A stretch of DNA of 64,000 nt from Candidatus Fraserbacteria bacterium (GCA_947085185.1 CAMTVK010000019.1:13892-77891), one strand, 5' to 3'. Positions 8,885-19,315 are shown, counted from the first letter of the stretch. Program-made: numbers and translations. Notes: a model not told the origin generated them from the sequence alone.

Positions 8885-9552
8885 GCGTCATACTGGTGAT
8901 TTTGCTTGAGTGCAAGCTCTTCGATCAACTTTGGAATCTGGCGGAAGTCATCCGTATGCGCTGCAGCGACTTTGGTCAGCTCTGGGTCCTTGGGCGCAAA
9001 TGCGATCGCCAAGCCGGCGCTTTTCATCACGGGGATATCATTGAGATGGTCCCCAACAAAGCAGACTTCTTTCGGATCTAAGCCCTCACGCCGGCACAGC
9101 TCCAGAAAATGACGATCTTTCCCCCAAAGATAGACGCGCTGCTCGCACTCGCCCGTGAAGACCCCGTCGCACACTCGCAGCCCGTTAGCAAGATAAAAGT
9201 CCATCCCCAGGTCATCACAGATATATGCAGCGATACGGTCGAGCCCGCTCGTGAGAATCCCCAGTTTGTACTGACGCTTGAGCTGTGCTATGGTCTCGCG
9301 GGCGCCGGGCGTGTACGGCGGCGGCAAGATCGCCCTGTAGATCTTCTCAGCAGAGATGCCCTTCAAAAGCCGCGCGTTAGCCTCCGTCCACTCCCAGTAC
9401 AACTCTCTTTTAGGAAAGTAATGCTCCATCAAGCAATCCCATTGCTCTTTGAGCCCAGCAGCATACCCAAGAGCATCCCAACTGCTCTGGAAGGGCCCAT
9501 CGTACTGCACAAGCGTCCCGTCCATGTCGAAGATCACAGCTTTGATCGTCAC
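8875..9552 (-). CDS. HAD-superfamily phosphatase (phosphoserine phosphatase-like)
   Basis: FDMDGTL, LTSG, VGDHLND motifs. Confidence 0.85.
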   Translation of the reverse strand: MTIKAVIFDMDGTLVQYDGPFQSSWDALGYAAGLKEQWDCLMEHYFPKRELYWEWTEANARLLKGISAEKIYRAILPPPYTPGARETIAQLKRQYKLGILTSGLDRIAAYICDDLGMDFYLANGLRVCDGVFTGECEQRVYLWGKDRHFLELCRREGLDPKEVCFVGDHLNDIPVMKSAGLAIAFAPKDPELTKVAAAHTDDFRQIPKLIEELALKQNHQYDAQR

Positions 9553-9653
9553 GGTGCCTCCTCACTCTGAAAGCATAAGTTTACCACACCCTTGCCAGGC
9601 TGTGCCAACTGCGCTACAATGCCCTCTAGACTCTCGTAGGAAAGGAGCACCCT

Positions 9654-11366
9654 ATGCCCATATCGCTCGAAAACTTGCCCAGTGAGTTTCACCGGAAGTT
9701 CGTGCCAGCTCACGCAAATCTTGGAGACTGGGATCAAATCAAACCCTTGCTCGAAGAGCTGGAGCGTCGCCCTATCAAAACGGCGACTGATCTTGAGCAA
9801 TGGTTACTCGACTCTTCTGAACTTGGTGCAGCCATCGGCGAAGAAGCCGCCGTCCGCCGCATCCGCATGACGTGTGATACCGAGAACGAAGAATATCGTA
9901 GAGCGTTCTTGCACTTTGTCGAGAACATTCAGCCCAGGCTGAGAGAATACGGCCATCGGCTCAATGTGAAATATGTGCAGAGTCCCACTCGCGAGAGCTT
10001 GCCCAAGTCACGCTACTTCGTCTACGACCGCAGCACCGCCAACCAAGTCGAGATCTTCCGTGAAGAGAATATCCCACTCATGACTGAGGCTACGAAGCTC
10101 GCTCAAAAGTATCAAGTGATATCTGGGGCGCAGACGGTGCATTTCGACGGGCGCGAGCAGACTCTGCAACAGATGGCAAAATACTTAGAAGAGCCCGATA
10201 GGGCGCTGCGCCAGAGCGCGTGGGAGAAGATCGAAGAACGCCGCCTCACAGATCGCGAGGCTTTCAACGAACTGTATGATCAGCTGATCGAGCTGCGCCA
10301 AAAGATCGCCCAGAACGCGGGATTTGCAAACTATCGCGATTATGTCTTCAAAGCGTTCGAGCGCTTTGAGTACACTCCCGAGGACTGCCGGCGCTATCAC
10401 GATGCCGTCGAAAGATATATAGTGCCGTTGATGCGCGAGCTTCAGGGGAGACGGCAGCGCGAGATGGGCCTTGCTGAACTGCGCCCTTGGGATCTGGCGG
10501 CAGACCCGCAGGGGCGACCGCCACTGCGCCCCTTCCAGAGAGCTCAAGAACTCATTGACGGCTGCCACGAGATCTTTTATCAGCTCGACAGCGAGCTTGG
10601 GGCCCAGTTTCGCCGCATGGCCGAGCTCAATCTCTTTGACTTAGAGAGCCGCAAGGGCAAAGCCCCCGGCGGCTACCAAGCAACACTAACTGAGCGCCGG
10701 CTGCCGTTTATCTTTATGAATGCTGTCGGGCGCAATGCCGATTTGCGAACGATGCTCCACGAATCGGGTCACGCATTCCACACGATGGCCACGCGCACTG
10801 AATCATTACTGAGCTATCGCCATGCGCCGACGGAGTTTTCCGAAGTCGCTTCGATGGGTATGGAGCTGCTCTCTCAGCCATATCTGACGACCTTTTACTC
10901 TGCTGATGAAGCCCAGCGCGCTGCGCGCGAACACCTTGAGGGGATAGTCTATCTGCTGCCGTGGGTCGCAACGATTGATGCGTTTCAGCATTGGGTCTAC
11001 ACGCATCCTGGGCACAGTGTTGCTGAGCGTGAAGCCTATTGGCTAGAGCTGCGTCGGCGCTTTGGCGGGATCGAGAATTGGGCTGGCTATGAAGAAGCCC
11101 AGCGCAACTTCTGGCAGCGCCAGCTCCACCTCTACCTGCACCCGTTCTATTATATTGAGTATGGGATTGCACAACTGGGGGCGCTGCAGCTTTATGCGCG
11201 CGCCAAGAGAGATCCTCAAGAAGCTCTTCTTGCGTACAAGCGGGCCTTAGCGCTTGGGGGCTCGCGGCCGTTGCCAGAGCTCTTTGCCGCCGCGGGGCTG
11301 AAGTTCGACTTCGGCGAGAAGACCGTCAGCCAAGCAGCAGCACTGCTGCGCCATGAGCTCTTATAA
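9654..11366 (+). CDS. M3-family oligoendopeptidase
   Basis: GKAPGGY, HESGH, EVASMGME, PFYYIEY. Confidence 0.92.
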   Translation: MPISLENLPSEFHRKFVPAHANLGDWDQIKPLLEELERRPIKTATDLEQWLLDSSELGAAIGEEAAVRRIRMTCDTENEEYRRAFLHFVENIQPRLREYGHRLNVKYVQSPTRESLPKSRYFVYDRSTANQVEIFREENIPLMTEATKLAQKYQVISGAQTVHFDGREQTLQQMAKYLEEPDRALRQSAWEKIEERRLTDREAFNELYDQLIELRQKIAQNAGFANYRDYVFKAFERFEYTPEDCRRYHDAVERYIVPLMRELQGRRQREMGLAELRPWDLAADPQGRPPLRPFQRAQELIDGCHEIFYQLDSELGAQFRRMAELNLFDLESRKGKAPGGYQATLTERRLPFIFMNAVGRNADLRTMLHESGHAFHTMATRTESLLSYRHAPTEFSEVASMGMELLSQPYLTTFYSADEAQRAAREHLEGIVYLLPWVATIDAFQHWVYTHPGHSVAEREAYWLELRRRFGGIENWAGYEEAQRNFWQRQLHLYLHPFYYIEYGIAQLGALQLYARAKRDPQEALLAYKRALALGGSRPLPELFAAAGLKFDFGEKTVSQAAALLRHELL

Positions 11367-12110
11367 CCTGCGCCACGGCAGCGCCCAGCGCTCCAGCAGC
11401 GTCAGCAGCCCAAAGAGCCCTATACCCAACAGAGCTAACGCCAAGATCGCCGCGAAGACTAAATCAGTCTTGAGCGTCGCGTTGGCGCGCAGCATCACAT
11501 AGCCCAAGCCCGCTTGCGCTCCCACCCACTCGCCGATCACCGCGCCCACGACGCTGAGCGTGATCCCCACCCGCGCCCCAGAAAAGAGAAACGGCAACGC
11601 TGAGGGAAGCTGCACCTTTCGCAAGATCTGACGCTTTGAGGCGCCAAAAATCTTTAGCAGATCTATCAAATCGGGGTCGGCCGCCCGCAGGCCATCTACC
11701 GTGTTCACAACAATGGGAAAGAACGCGATGATCGCCGCTACGGTCACTTTGGGCCAGATCGTAAACCCCAGCCAAAGCTTGAGCAACGGCGCAATGGCAA
11801 AGAGCGGCATGTTCTGCAAGAAAATAATAATGGGGTAGAAGACGCGTTCGAGTGTCTTACTGTAGAAGATCGCTAGCGCCAACGCGAACGCGCTCACCAG
11901 CGCGATCACAAACCCCAGAGCGATCTCGCCCAGCGTGACGAGAAAGTGCTCAGCGAGCAGCGAAAAATCCAAGACAAAGCGCGTGGCGATCTGACTTGGC
12001 GGAGGGAGAAGAAACACCGGCACCCCTGCCAGACGCACGGATGCTTCCCATGCGACCAGCAGCCCACCAAACACCAACACCGCTGGATGGATGAGGCGAC
12101 GACTCAACAA
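11361..12110 (-). CDS. NitT/TauT-type ABC importer permease
   Basis: LLPPPSQI, FGASKRQILRKVQLPSALP, GAVIGEW, GLGY. Confidence 0.85.
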   Translation of the reverse strand: MLSRRLIHPAVLVFGGLLVAWEASVRLAGVPVFLLPPPSQIATRFVLDFSLLAEHFLVTLGEIALGFVIALVSAFALALAIFYSKTLERVFYPIIIFLQNMPLFAIAPLLKLWLGFTIWPKVTVAAIIAFFPIVVNTVDGLRAADPDLIDLLKIFGASKRQILRKVQLPSALPFLFSGARVGITLSVVGAVIGEWVGAQAGLGYVMLRANATLKTDLVFAAILALALLGIGLFGLLTLLERWALPWRRL

Positions 12111-12844
12111 TGACTCCCTCTCAGATCTCTCAAGCCCTTAGGGGTCGGACAGTCAGGCGTCACAGTCACGGTGACGTCCTTGGATGCGCTGAACGCCCCA
12201 TCACTGACGGTCAAACGAAAGACGAGTGTGGACGGTTCGGCTGGCGCAAGAAAGATCGCATAGAGAGTCTCAGCCCCAAAGAGCAAGACCGGCGGCCCTG
12301 AGATCTGATCCCAGCGATAGCGCAAGAGGTCACCGTCTGGGTCTGAACTGTCAAACGCGCTGAGCAAGACGATCTGATAGGGTGTGACGGTCTGATCGGG
12401 ATTCGTGGCAGCTTGCGGAGGCTGATTGGCCCGTACATAAATTCTGAGCTCTCTCGAGACGCTCTCGTAGTCTGTGCGCGCGATGAAGCGGACTAGTAGG
12501 GGCTCTTCGGGGTTGGTGACGTGCGCTTCGGTCGGGGTGAAGGTGAAGACTTGGACGGCCTCGCCTTGGCGCCAGACCGACTCAAACGATGCGTTATCTG
12601 GGAGCCAGCTTGCGATCAATTTGATAGGAACCCACAAGGGCATGCCACGGGCTTGCACCCAGACCTGGAGTGTCTGTCCAAGCCGCATGGTGCATGCGAG
12701 GGCTCCCTCAAGATCAGGAGCGCAGAGGGCCCAGGGGCCAAAGAGCTCAAGATCGAGCTGAACTGAAGCCATCTGAGCCTGTGTGACCGATGGGACGAAC
12801 ACCGCCACAAGAGCGAATACGAGCACGATCCTGACAGACTTCAT
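12104..12844 (-). CDS. Secreted protein with PKD/Ig-like domain
   Basis: Signal peptide; NQPPQA...SSDPDGDLLRYRWDQISGP...FRLTVSDG. Confidence 0.75.
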   Translation of the reverse strand: MKSVRIVLVFALVAVFVPSVTQAQMASVQLDLELFGPWALCAPDLEGALACTMRLGQTLQVWVQARGMPLWVPIKLIASWLPDNASFESVWRQGEAVQVFTFTPTEAHVTNPEEPLLVRFIARTDYESVSRELRIYVRANQPPQAATNPDQTVTPYQIVLLSAFDSSDPDGDLLRYRWDQISGPPVLLFGAETLYAIFLAPAEPSTLVFRLTVSDGAFSASKDVTVTVTPDCPTPKGLRDLRGSHC

Positions 12845-13069
12845 AACTCCCCCTTTAACTGATGATCGCGTGGTAGCTTATTCTAGCACACAGACGGGGA
12901 GGATGTCTATTCTGATGCTCTTCATAGCTGTTGCCACTCCACTATCAATCTTCACAACACACTGCGCATCTCGCGCTTGCACTCCCGGAGCGTCCTCCCA
13001 AAGGCAATAGCTCCTGGGCATGGGCGGATAGTGCCGCAGTATGTGCCGTCTTCCAACGAAGTCTACACC

Positions 13070-13324
13070 ATGAACAAGAGCGAAGCAAGACGCCAACTCG
13101 TGCAGACCTCCCTGAAGACGGGCTCCATTGCCCGCACCGCCCGGCTCTGGCAGACCAGCCGTCGGTGGTACGCACCTGGGTGCGCCGCTTCCAAGCCCAG
13201 GGCCAGGCCGGGCTGGCCGACCGCAGCCGCCGCCCACATTCCTGTCCACGCCAGACTCAACCGGCTCTGCTTGGATCGCATCTCGACCGATTGGGTCCTA
13301 GTAACCATCTCTTGACCCATTACA
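13070..13324 (+). mobile_element. Internally deleted, frameshifted IS481-like transposase remnant with right end
   Basis: HTH-like MNKSEARRQLV...WVRRFQAQGQAGLADRSRRPHSCPRQT joined to LDRISTDWVL/NHLLTHY; ends in ...ccattACA. Confidence 0.75.
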
Positions 13325-13438
13325 GCCTTGGGCCGGCGGATCAATCCGCCGGCTCAGCAGATAGAAGCGTGCTGAAGCACGCTCCCTAGTCTGCGGGCTT
13401 CCATCTTCTGAGCCGGATGCTTCATCCGGCCATTTGCT

Positions 13439-14734
13439 CTATCTATGAGCAAGGTGTTGGCATTGCGGAAGATCAGGGTTCTGAGGTTGCTGTAAGTTTA
13501 ACTGATATTCGCCCGATCCTTTCTCCCCACGGGTTACTACCACGTGCAGGAGCGTGTACGCCGCGGGCTGGCTGAGAACGCACTCCTCGGTGAGCGGGAA
13601 GACCTCATAGCTTCCCGAAAGTCTTTGAGCCACAATATGCACGCGAAACTCCGTGTCGGGACTGCCGCGGAAGCGCAGCGCCAGCGATTTTTCAGACTTG
13701 GGCGTGATGCGCAAGAAGTGTATTCCATAAGGGTGGCGCACCACTAAGGGTGCTCCAGCATTGATGATCTCCTCTGGAGCTGGGCAAGTCTCTATTGTCC
13801 ATTGCAAGCCACTTGTCTCTCCTTCTAAAGATCGTCTGGAGCAGATCTGGGGGTAGGGATTCCCCCAATTGCTCTGCTCTATGGTGAGGGCCTTTTGGCC
13901 TGTCCACTCCCCGATGAAGACCGGCACGGGCACGTAGGAGGTCTCCTCTTCCGCGCGCGGGTAGAGCCACTGGGCGTCTCGAAGATCTCGTGCGGCCAAG
14001 GCCACTGCGAACTCCGTCCAGAGTTCCAAGAAGGGCTTGCCGACCAGCTTACCCAGTTCCCGACGCCAAGCCGGCCATCCCTCGGTCTTGATAGCTTCAA
14101 AGAGACGCCGGATGAGTTCTGCACCGCCATAGCGATCAGCAACGTAGCGCCAGAAGAGCCAGCCTCCGTAGGCGGAGAAAGTATACTTCTTCAGGTCAAC
14201 ATCAGTGGCCCCTAGGAGTAAATGGCGAGCGCCTACTGTGCAATCTGGCCCAGCACGAGAGAAGATCTCATAGGAAGCCCAAACAGCCGTGCCCTCAATG
14301 AGAAAGCCATCCCTCGCTCTGAGGACCCCATACCCCAAGTCTTGGATGGTATGAAAGAACTCGTGGGCCCCGGTAACCTGCCAGCAAAGATACTCATTAT
14401 GTGCAAGCAAGGGAATAGGACCAAACCATCCCCACCTGTGTTGTCCTCCGCGGAATTTATGCTTGACCACGAAGTGTTGATAAGCCCACTCCTTACCCCA
14501 AGCAAGGGCTATTACCATTGGTCTAGCCGCCGGATCTTTATACGCGATCGTAAAGTGTGGGGTCCGAAATAACAGGCTGCCCTCCGACGATACTTCGGAC
14601 CCCCGAGGTCGCTCAGCAGCAGGGGCTGCGGATAATACCAAGGTGAGGAGCGCTACCGTTAGCGCATAAGCCACCCCTTTATGTAGCCCTCTTGAACGAG
14701 ATGGGTGCAAGCTTGTATCTTTTAACGGAAACAT
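13439..14734 (-). CDS. Putative secreted zinc metallopeptidase
   Basis: Hydrophobic N-terminal segment, AHEFFHTIQ (HExxH), downstream IEGTA glutamate, YGGWLFWRY. Confidence 0.7.
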   Translation of the reverse strand: MFPLKDTSLHPSRSRGLHKGVAYALTVALLTLVLSAAPAAERPRGSEVSSEGSLLFRTPHFTIAYKDPAARPMVIALAWGKEWAYQHFVVKHKFRGGQHRWGWFGPIPLLAHNEYLCWQVTGAHEFFHTIQDLGYGVLRARDGFLIEGTAVWASYEIFSRAGPDCTVGARHLLLGATDVDLKKYTFSAYGGWLFWRYVADRYGGAELIRRLFEAIKTEGWPAWRRELGKLVGKPFLELWTEFAVALAARDLRDAQWLYPRAEEETSYVPVPVFIGEWTGQKALTIEQSNWGNPYPQICSRRSLEGETSGLQWTIETCPAPEEIINAGAPLVVRHPYGIHFLRITPKSEKSLALRFRGSPDTEFRVHIVAQRLSGSYEVFPLTEECVLSQPAAYTLLHVVVTRGEKGSGEYQLNLQQPQNPDLPQCQHLAHR

Positions 14735-15903
14735 GGAATCTGTCTATACCCACAGACTAAAAACCCGAAAATTGGAACGGTCTCGCATTCCCATCTCACA
14801 CACACGCAGCCAAGGGGGAGATTGAAGCAGTAGAATTCGGGCGGGAAGGGAATTTCGCCACCGCATGAAGCAGGGGAGCCGTCATCGCTGCTAAAGGTAA
14901 AGCAGACCTGCTGTGCCAGTGGAACTAGCCGAGTTCGCGGCTGGCTTGACGTTCCCATTTGGCTTCCGCAACTCGAGCGCATTGGCCCTTGCTTCACCGA
15001 TCCCACGATAACTTCCCCGGACTCCGACCAGCTCCGGGCTTCAAGAATGACGACTTGGTTGCCTGTCCGTGTGCTAATGATCAACCAAACCTCTCGTCTG
15101 GTTTCATCAATGCCTGCGCTGGCCCAGCCTTTGGTAATCCCACGCTGCTTCAGGAAGTCAGCGGCTTGTTGCAGGACACCACGAATCTGATCTGGATTCA
15201 AGGAGAGCAGAGAGCTTGTGGCCCCACTCGCTTGTCGATAGTCTCTGCGTCGCCCTTGAGAGGTCACCGCCGTAGCATTCGACCCCTGAGGAGTACGGAA
15301 ATAGAGAATCTCTCCTTGAGGATTGAAGGGGATCGAGATCACCACGTTCTGCGCTCCAGAAAATACCTTGGCCGCGTTGAGATTGGGCCTCAGCCCTTGT
15401 GATTCCAACTGCTGTTGCAGTTGCTGAACTTGAGGATCGGCCAGCGCCTGCACGATAAGAGCCTCGGCGCTGTTCTGAGAAACTCTAGCGAGACACAAGC
15501 CGTTTGCACTCTGAGTTGCCTGTGGGCCGGATGTTGGGAAGCTGACGAGCGTCTGCCGACCCGAGGAGCCAAGTAACGCCAACTTGCCCAGCTTACGTAC
15601 CAGCTTTCCCTCACTATTCCGAACCGTCACGACATAGAGATAGACCCCGCTGGCTACACGACGCCCCTCATAGCTGAGCTTGTTCCACGAGAGGCTCGAA
15701 CAATTCAGAGCACCGCTGTCGAAGAGTCGTTGTCCCGTCAACCCGAAGACCTCCACGCGCATCTCTTGCGCCCCTTGGGCGGTGAAGCGCACTTGATCCG
15801 GCTCGATACTCAGTCTAACCGATAAACCTTCTCCTGCAAAACTGGGAACTCCGAAGACCAGCGCTAAGCCACCGAGCACGCTGAGCAGAACGAGCTTCTT
15901 CAT
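14722..15903 (-). CDS. Secreted protein with N-terminal FlgD/T9SS-CTD-like domain and Cys-rich C-terminal tail
   Basis: MKKLVLL signal peptide; VEVFGLTGQRLF...GRRVASGVYLYVVTV; 8 Cys in last about 60 aa; AAGGAGG RBS. Confidence 0.75.
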   Translation of the reverse strand: MKKLVLLSVLGGLALVFGVPSFAGEGLSVRLSIEPDQVRFTAQGAQEMRVEVFGLTGQRLFDSGALNCSSLSWNKLSYEGRRVASGVYLYVVTVRNSEGKLVRKLGKLALLGSSGRQTLVSFPTSGPQATQSANGLCLARVSQNSAEALIVQALADPQVQQLQQQLESQGLRPNLNAAKVFSGAQNVVISIPFNPQGEILYFRTPQGSNATAVTSQGRRRDYRQASGATSSLLSLNPDQIRGVLQQAADFLKQRGITKGWASAGIDETRREVWLIISTRTGNQVVILEARSWSESGEVIVGSVKQGPMRSSCGSQMGTSSQPRTRLVPLAQQVCFTFSSDDGSPASCGGEIPFPPEFYCFNLPLGCVCVRWECETVPIFGFLVCGYRQIPCFR

Positions 15904-16017
15904 GAGAAATGCCTCCTTCTTAAATTTGTGATCTTGGGCCGTTCAACCGCCATACTGCTTTGGTTTTTGCGCCTCACCTCCTTGGACATCGTCTTCAGTG
16001 TTTTCACCCTTAAAGTA

Positions 16018-16045
16018 ATTATACCCCCCACTATTTATTTGTCAA
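16018..16045 (-). promoter_or_regulatory. Consensus sigma70 promoter for the 15903 operon
   Basis: TTGACA-N16-TATAAT on minus strand. Confidence 0.75.
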
Positions 16046-16052
16046 GAGTAAC

Positions 16053-16239
16053 CGGTCCCTGCGCCAAGAGATCGTTACCAGGGGGAGGTGTGGCAATGGC
16101 TCAAGAAAGCGGGCATCCTCTCACGGGCACGACTTTGGCAGAGTGCCCAAGGAGTTTGCGGTGCTGCCGCCCATTGTGTTAGATAGGATCTCGACCGATT
16201 GGGTCCTGGGCCCTGGTAACCATCTCTTGACCCATTACA
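16053..16239 (+). mobile_element. 187-bp MITE-like IS481-derived remnant
   Basis: Imperfect inverted ends (caagagatcgttacca vs tggtaaccatctcttg); 16188-16207 and 16216-16239 are identical to 13280-13299 and 13301-13324; encodes [25 protein letters not shown]. Confidence 0.7.
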
Positions 16240-16290
16240 ACTTGTCAAGATGATTATCCTTGGCTTATAATGCTCTGCAAGGAGGATTCT

Positions 16291-17946
16291 ATGGCCGTTG
16301 CAACAGAGATTCGCGCCCCACGCGGAACTCAGCTCACGTGCAAAAGCTGGCTCACCGAAGCCCCCATGAGAATGTTGATGAATAACTTAGACCCCGAAGT
16401 CGCCGGAGACCCAGCGAACTTAATCGTCTATGGCGGCACGGGCAAGGCCGCCCGATCTTGGCAAGACTTTTGGGCCATTGTCAATACCCTGAAAGAATTA
16501 GAGCTCGACGAGACGCTCTTGGTGCAGTCTGGCAAGCCCGTCGCAGTCTTCAAGACCCACCCCGATGCCCCCCGCGTGCTTATTGCAAATTCACTCTTAG
16601 TCCCCCATTGGGCGACGTGGGAGAAGTTCAGAGAATTAGAGCGCAAGGGCTTGATTATGTACGGCCAGATGACCGCGGGCAGTTGGATCTATATTGGCAC
16701 CCAAGGGATTCTGCAGGGTACCTATGAGACGTTGGCTTCGGTAGCGAAGAAGCACTTTGGCGGCTCTCTCAGAGGGAAATTTGTGCTGTCTGCAGGCCTG
16801 GGAGAGATGGGTGGCGCCCAGCCCCTCGCGATCACCATGAACGAGGGCGTCGGACTGATCGTCGAGATCAATTCCGAGAAGATCAAACGACGCTTGAAGA
16901 CAAACTATCTCGACACGTGGACGCATGATCTTGATGAAGCCCTCGATCTTGTGAGAGAGCACACGAGATCGGGGAGAGCAATCTCTCTTGGGCTTCTGGG
17001 CAATGCTGCCGACGTCTACCCTGAACTTGTCCGAAGGGGGATCATCCCCGACGTGGTCACCGACCAGACGGCAGCTCACGATGAGCTCAACGGCTACGTC
17101 CCCGGCGGCATGAGCTATGACGAAGCGCTGCAGCTGCGCCGCGAGAACCCACAGAGATATAGTGAGCTCTCGTTCGCATCGATGGTGCGGCACGTGCAAG
17201 CGATGATCGAGATGCAGAAAGCTGGCGCGGTTGTCTTCGATTATGGGAATAATTTACGGGGGCAGGCCCAGCGGGGCGGACACCCAAACCCCTTTCAGTT
17301 TCCAGGCTTTGTCCCGGCGTATATTCGACCGTTGTTCTGTGAGGGGAAAGGCCCGTTCCGCTGGGCAGCCCTCTCCGGCGACCCACAAGATATCTATAGG
17401 ACAGATCAAGCAATCCTTGAGCTCTTCCCCCATGACGAAGCCCTCTGCCGCTGGATCACGATGGCGCAAAAGCGCGTGAAGTTTCAGGGGTTGCCCGCGC
17501 GCATCTGTTGGCTGGGCTATGGCGACCGTGCCAAAGCCGGGCTCTACTTTAATGAACTGGTGCGCACGGGCGAGCTCAAAGCCCCCATTGTCATCGGGCG
17601 CGATCACTTGGATGCGGGCTCAGTCGCTTCGCCGTACAGGGAGACCGAAGGGATGAAGGACGGCTCGGATGCTATCGCGGACTGGCCCATTCTCAATGCG
17701 CTCTTGAATGCGGTCTGCGGGGCGACGTGGGTCTCGGTCCATCATGGTGGCGGTGTTGGCATTGGGAAGTCCATTCACGCAGGGATGGTGATCGTCTGCG
17801 ACGGCACCAAAGAAGCCGATAGGCGCTTAGAGCGCGTCTTGACGGCCGATCCGGGCCTAGGAGTAGTGCGCCACGCCGATGCCGGCTACGAAGAGGCGAT
17901 CAGGGTCGTTCGGGAGAAGGGCATCAGGATGCCGAGATTATTATAG
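16291..17946 (+). CDS. hutU: Urocanate hydratase
   Basis: [48 protein letters not shown]; GGAGG RBS. Confidence 0.97.
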   Translation: MAVATEIRAPRGTQLTCKSWLTEAPMRMLMNNLDPEVAGDPANLIVYGGTGKAARSWQDFWAIVNTLKELELDETLLVQSGKPVAVFKTHPDAPRVLIANSLLVPHWATWEKFRELERKGLIMYGQMTAGSWIYIGTQGILQGTYETLASVAKKHFGGSLRGKFVLSAGLGEMGGAQPLAITMNEGVGLIVEINSEKIKRRLKTNYLDTWTHDLDEALDLVREHTRSGRAISLGLLGNAADVYPELVRRGIIPDVVTDQTAAHDELNGYVPGGMSYDEALQLRRENPQRYSELSFASMVRHVQAMIEMQKAGAVVFDYGNNLRGQAQRGGHPNPFQFPGFVPAYIRPLFCEGKGPFRWAALSGDPQDIYRTDQAILELFPHDEALCRWITMAQKRVKFQGLPARICWLGYGDRAKAGLYFNELVRTGELKAPIVIGRDHLDAGSVASPYRETEGMKDGSDAIADWPILNALLNAVCGATWVSVHHGGGVGIGKSIHAGMVIVCDGTKEADRRLERVLTADPGLGVVRHADAGYEEAIRVVREKGIRMPRLL

Positions 17947-17959
17947 GAGGGCTGCAACT

Positions 17960-18220
17960 ATGAGCAAAACGCGCGGCGGCTTTCTGAGACCTTGGCAGGT
18001 CTCACAGTATCTGGGCATCTCTATAGAGCAAGTCTATGAGATGATAGAGTCTGGAGAACTGCCCGCAGAGAAGATCGAGGGGCGCTGGCGCATCAATCTC
18101 GAGAAGCTCGAGCGCTGGCTCGATGAGGATGTCCCCCCACAAGAGATAGAGAAACTTGCCAAGCGCCTCAACGTCAGCGAAGAAAAAGTCCAAGAGTTCT
18201 TCAAGAAAGTTGGGCGCTGA
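17960..18220 (+). CDS. Excisionase-like (HTH_17/BldC-like) DNA-binding protein
   Basis: LRPWQVSQYLGISIEQVYEMIESGELPAEKIEGRWRI; GGAGG RBS. Confidence 0.8.
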   Translation: MSKTRGGFLRPWQVSQYLGISIEQVYEMIESGELPAEKIEGRWRINLEKLERWLDEDVPPQEIEKLAKRLNVSEEKVQEFFKKVGR

Positions 18221-19315
18221 TCACACTTCAATGAGCTTCTTCTTGGGCGCACCCGTCAGCACACGACAGCCCTGCTCTTCGACAACTGCGACGTCTTCGA
18301 TGCGCACCCCGCCCCATCCCGGCAGATAGATCCCAGGCTCGATCGTGACCACGTTGCCTGCCTGCAGCCTGTCTTTCCCCAAGGGCGACAGACGCGGGCT
18401 CTCATGCACATCGAGTCCCAAGCCGTGTCCGGTGCCATGCCCAAAATTCTTTTTGTACCCAGCCTGGGCAATCGTTTCCCGGGCGGGAGCGTCGGCTTGC
18501 TTGCTGGTCAGCCCCGCCCGTAAGTTTCTTATGGCGCGCTCTTGAGCCTCGAGCACGATCTTATAAATCTTCTTCTGCGCTGCACTAGCGCGGCCGACTA
18601 CGACCGTGCGTGTGAGATCTGCGCAGTAGTGGTCTACTTTCGCCCCCATGTCGAAGAGCACAAAATCGCCCTTCTGGACCTCTCGATCTTGGGGTTCATA
18701 ATGGGGCATAGCTGTCGTTATCCCCGTGGCGACGATGCTCTCGAACGCCAAGCCGTCGCCCCCGTGGGTGCGAATATATTGTTCGATCTCCCAAGCGAGC
18801 TCGCGCTCGGTTACCCCGGGCTTGACTCTGCCCAAGATGAACTCAAAAGCTTTATCAGTCAAACGAATAGCGCGCGCCATCGCTGCGATCTCGGAGTCAT
18901 CTTTCACGGTGCGCAACGTCTCGACGAACCCTACGACGGGCACGAGCTTCGCTCTTTTGAGCCTATCGCGCACCTGATGGAAGAGCCAGGTGCTGGTCGT
19001 CGGCGCGTTGATCCCAACGTTTTTGAGCTTGAGCTTTCTGATCTGTTGAGCGACGACGGTCGTCGCTCGACCCTTGAGTTCAGATATCTCGTAGCCGGAG
19101 ACGATCTCCCTCGCACGGGTGATGTAGCGAGAGTCAGTCAAGAAGATCTGACGGTCTTTGGTGACGATGAGGACACCAAACGACCCGCCAAAGCCCGTCA
19201 AATAATAGAGATTGGAACGATCGGAGCCCTCAATATTAATAAGACAGAACGCCTCAAGTCTTTTCCGTCGTAACTGATCACGAAGCCGCTCGAGACGAAC
19301 TGCATAGGCGTTCAT
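18221..19315 (-). CDS. Xaa-Pro aminopeptidase (M24)
   Basis: DMGA, YCADLTRT, HGTGHGLGLDVHE, TIEPGIY, GVRIED. Confidence 0.93.
   Translation of the reverse strand: MNAYAVRLERLRDQLRRKRLEAFCLINIEGSDRSNLYYLTGFGGSFGVLIVTKDRQIFLTDSRYITRAREIVSGYEISELKGRATTVVAQQIRKLKLKNVGINAPTTSTWLFHQVRDRLKRAKLVPVVGFVETLRTVKDDSEIAAMARAIRLTDKAFEFILGRVKPGVTERELAWEIEQYIRTHGGDGLAFESIVATGITTAMPHYEPQDREVQKGDFVLFDMGAKVDHYCADLTRTVVVGRASAAQKKIYKIVLEAQERAIRNLRAGLTSKQADAPARETIAQAGYKKNFGHGTGHGLGLDVHESPRLSPLGKDRLQAGNVVTIEPGIYLPGWGGVRIEDVAVVEEQGCRVLTGAPKKKLIEV

Noticed and set aside
15900-15989. 29-aa upstream ORF (MSKEVRRKNQ...) overlapping the start of the Cys-rich precursor
   Set aside because: No convincing SD or informative composition; could be chance
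5971-16079. Composite transposon spanning 6.0-16.0 kb between the two 27-bp motifs
   Set aside because: No intact transposase or target duplication seen; cargo is mostly housekeeping-like genes
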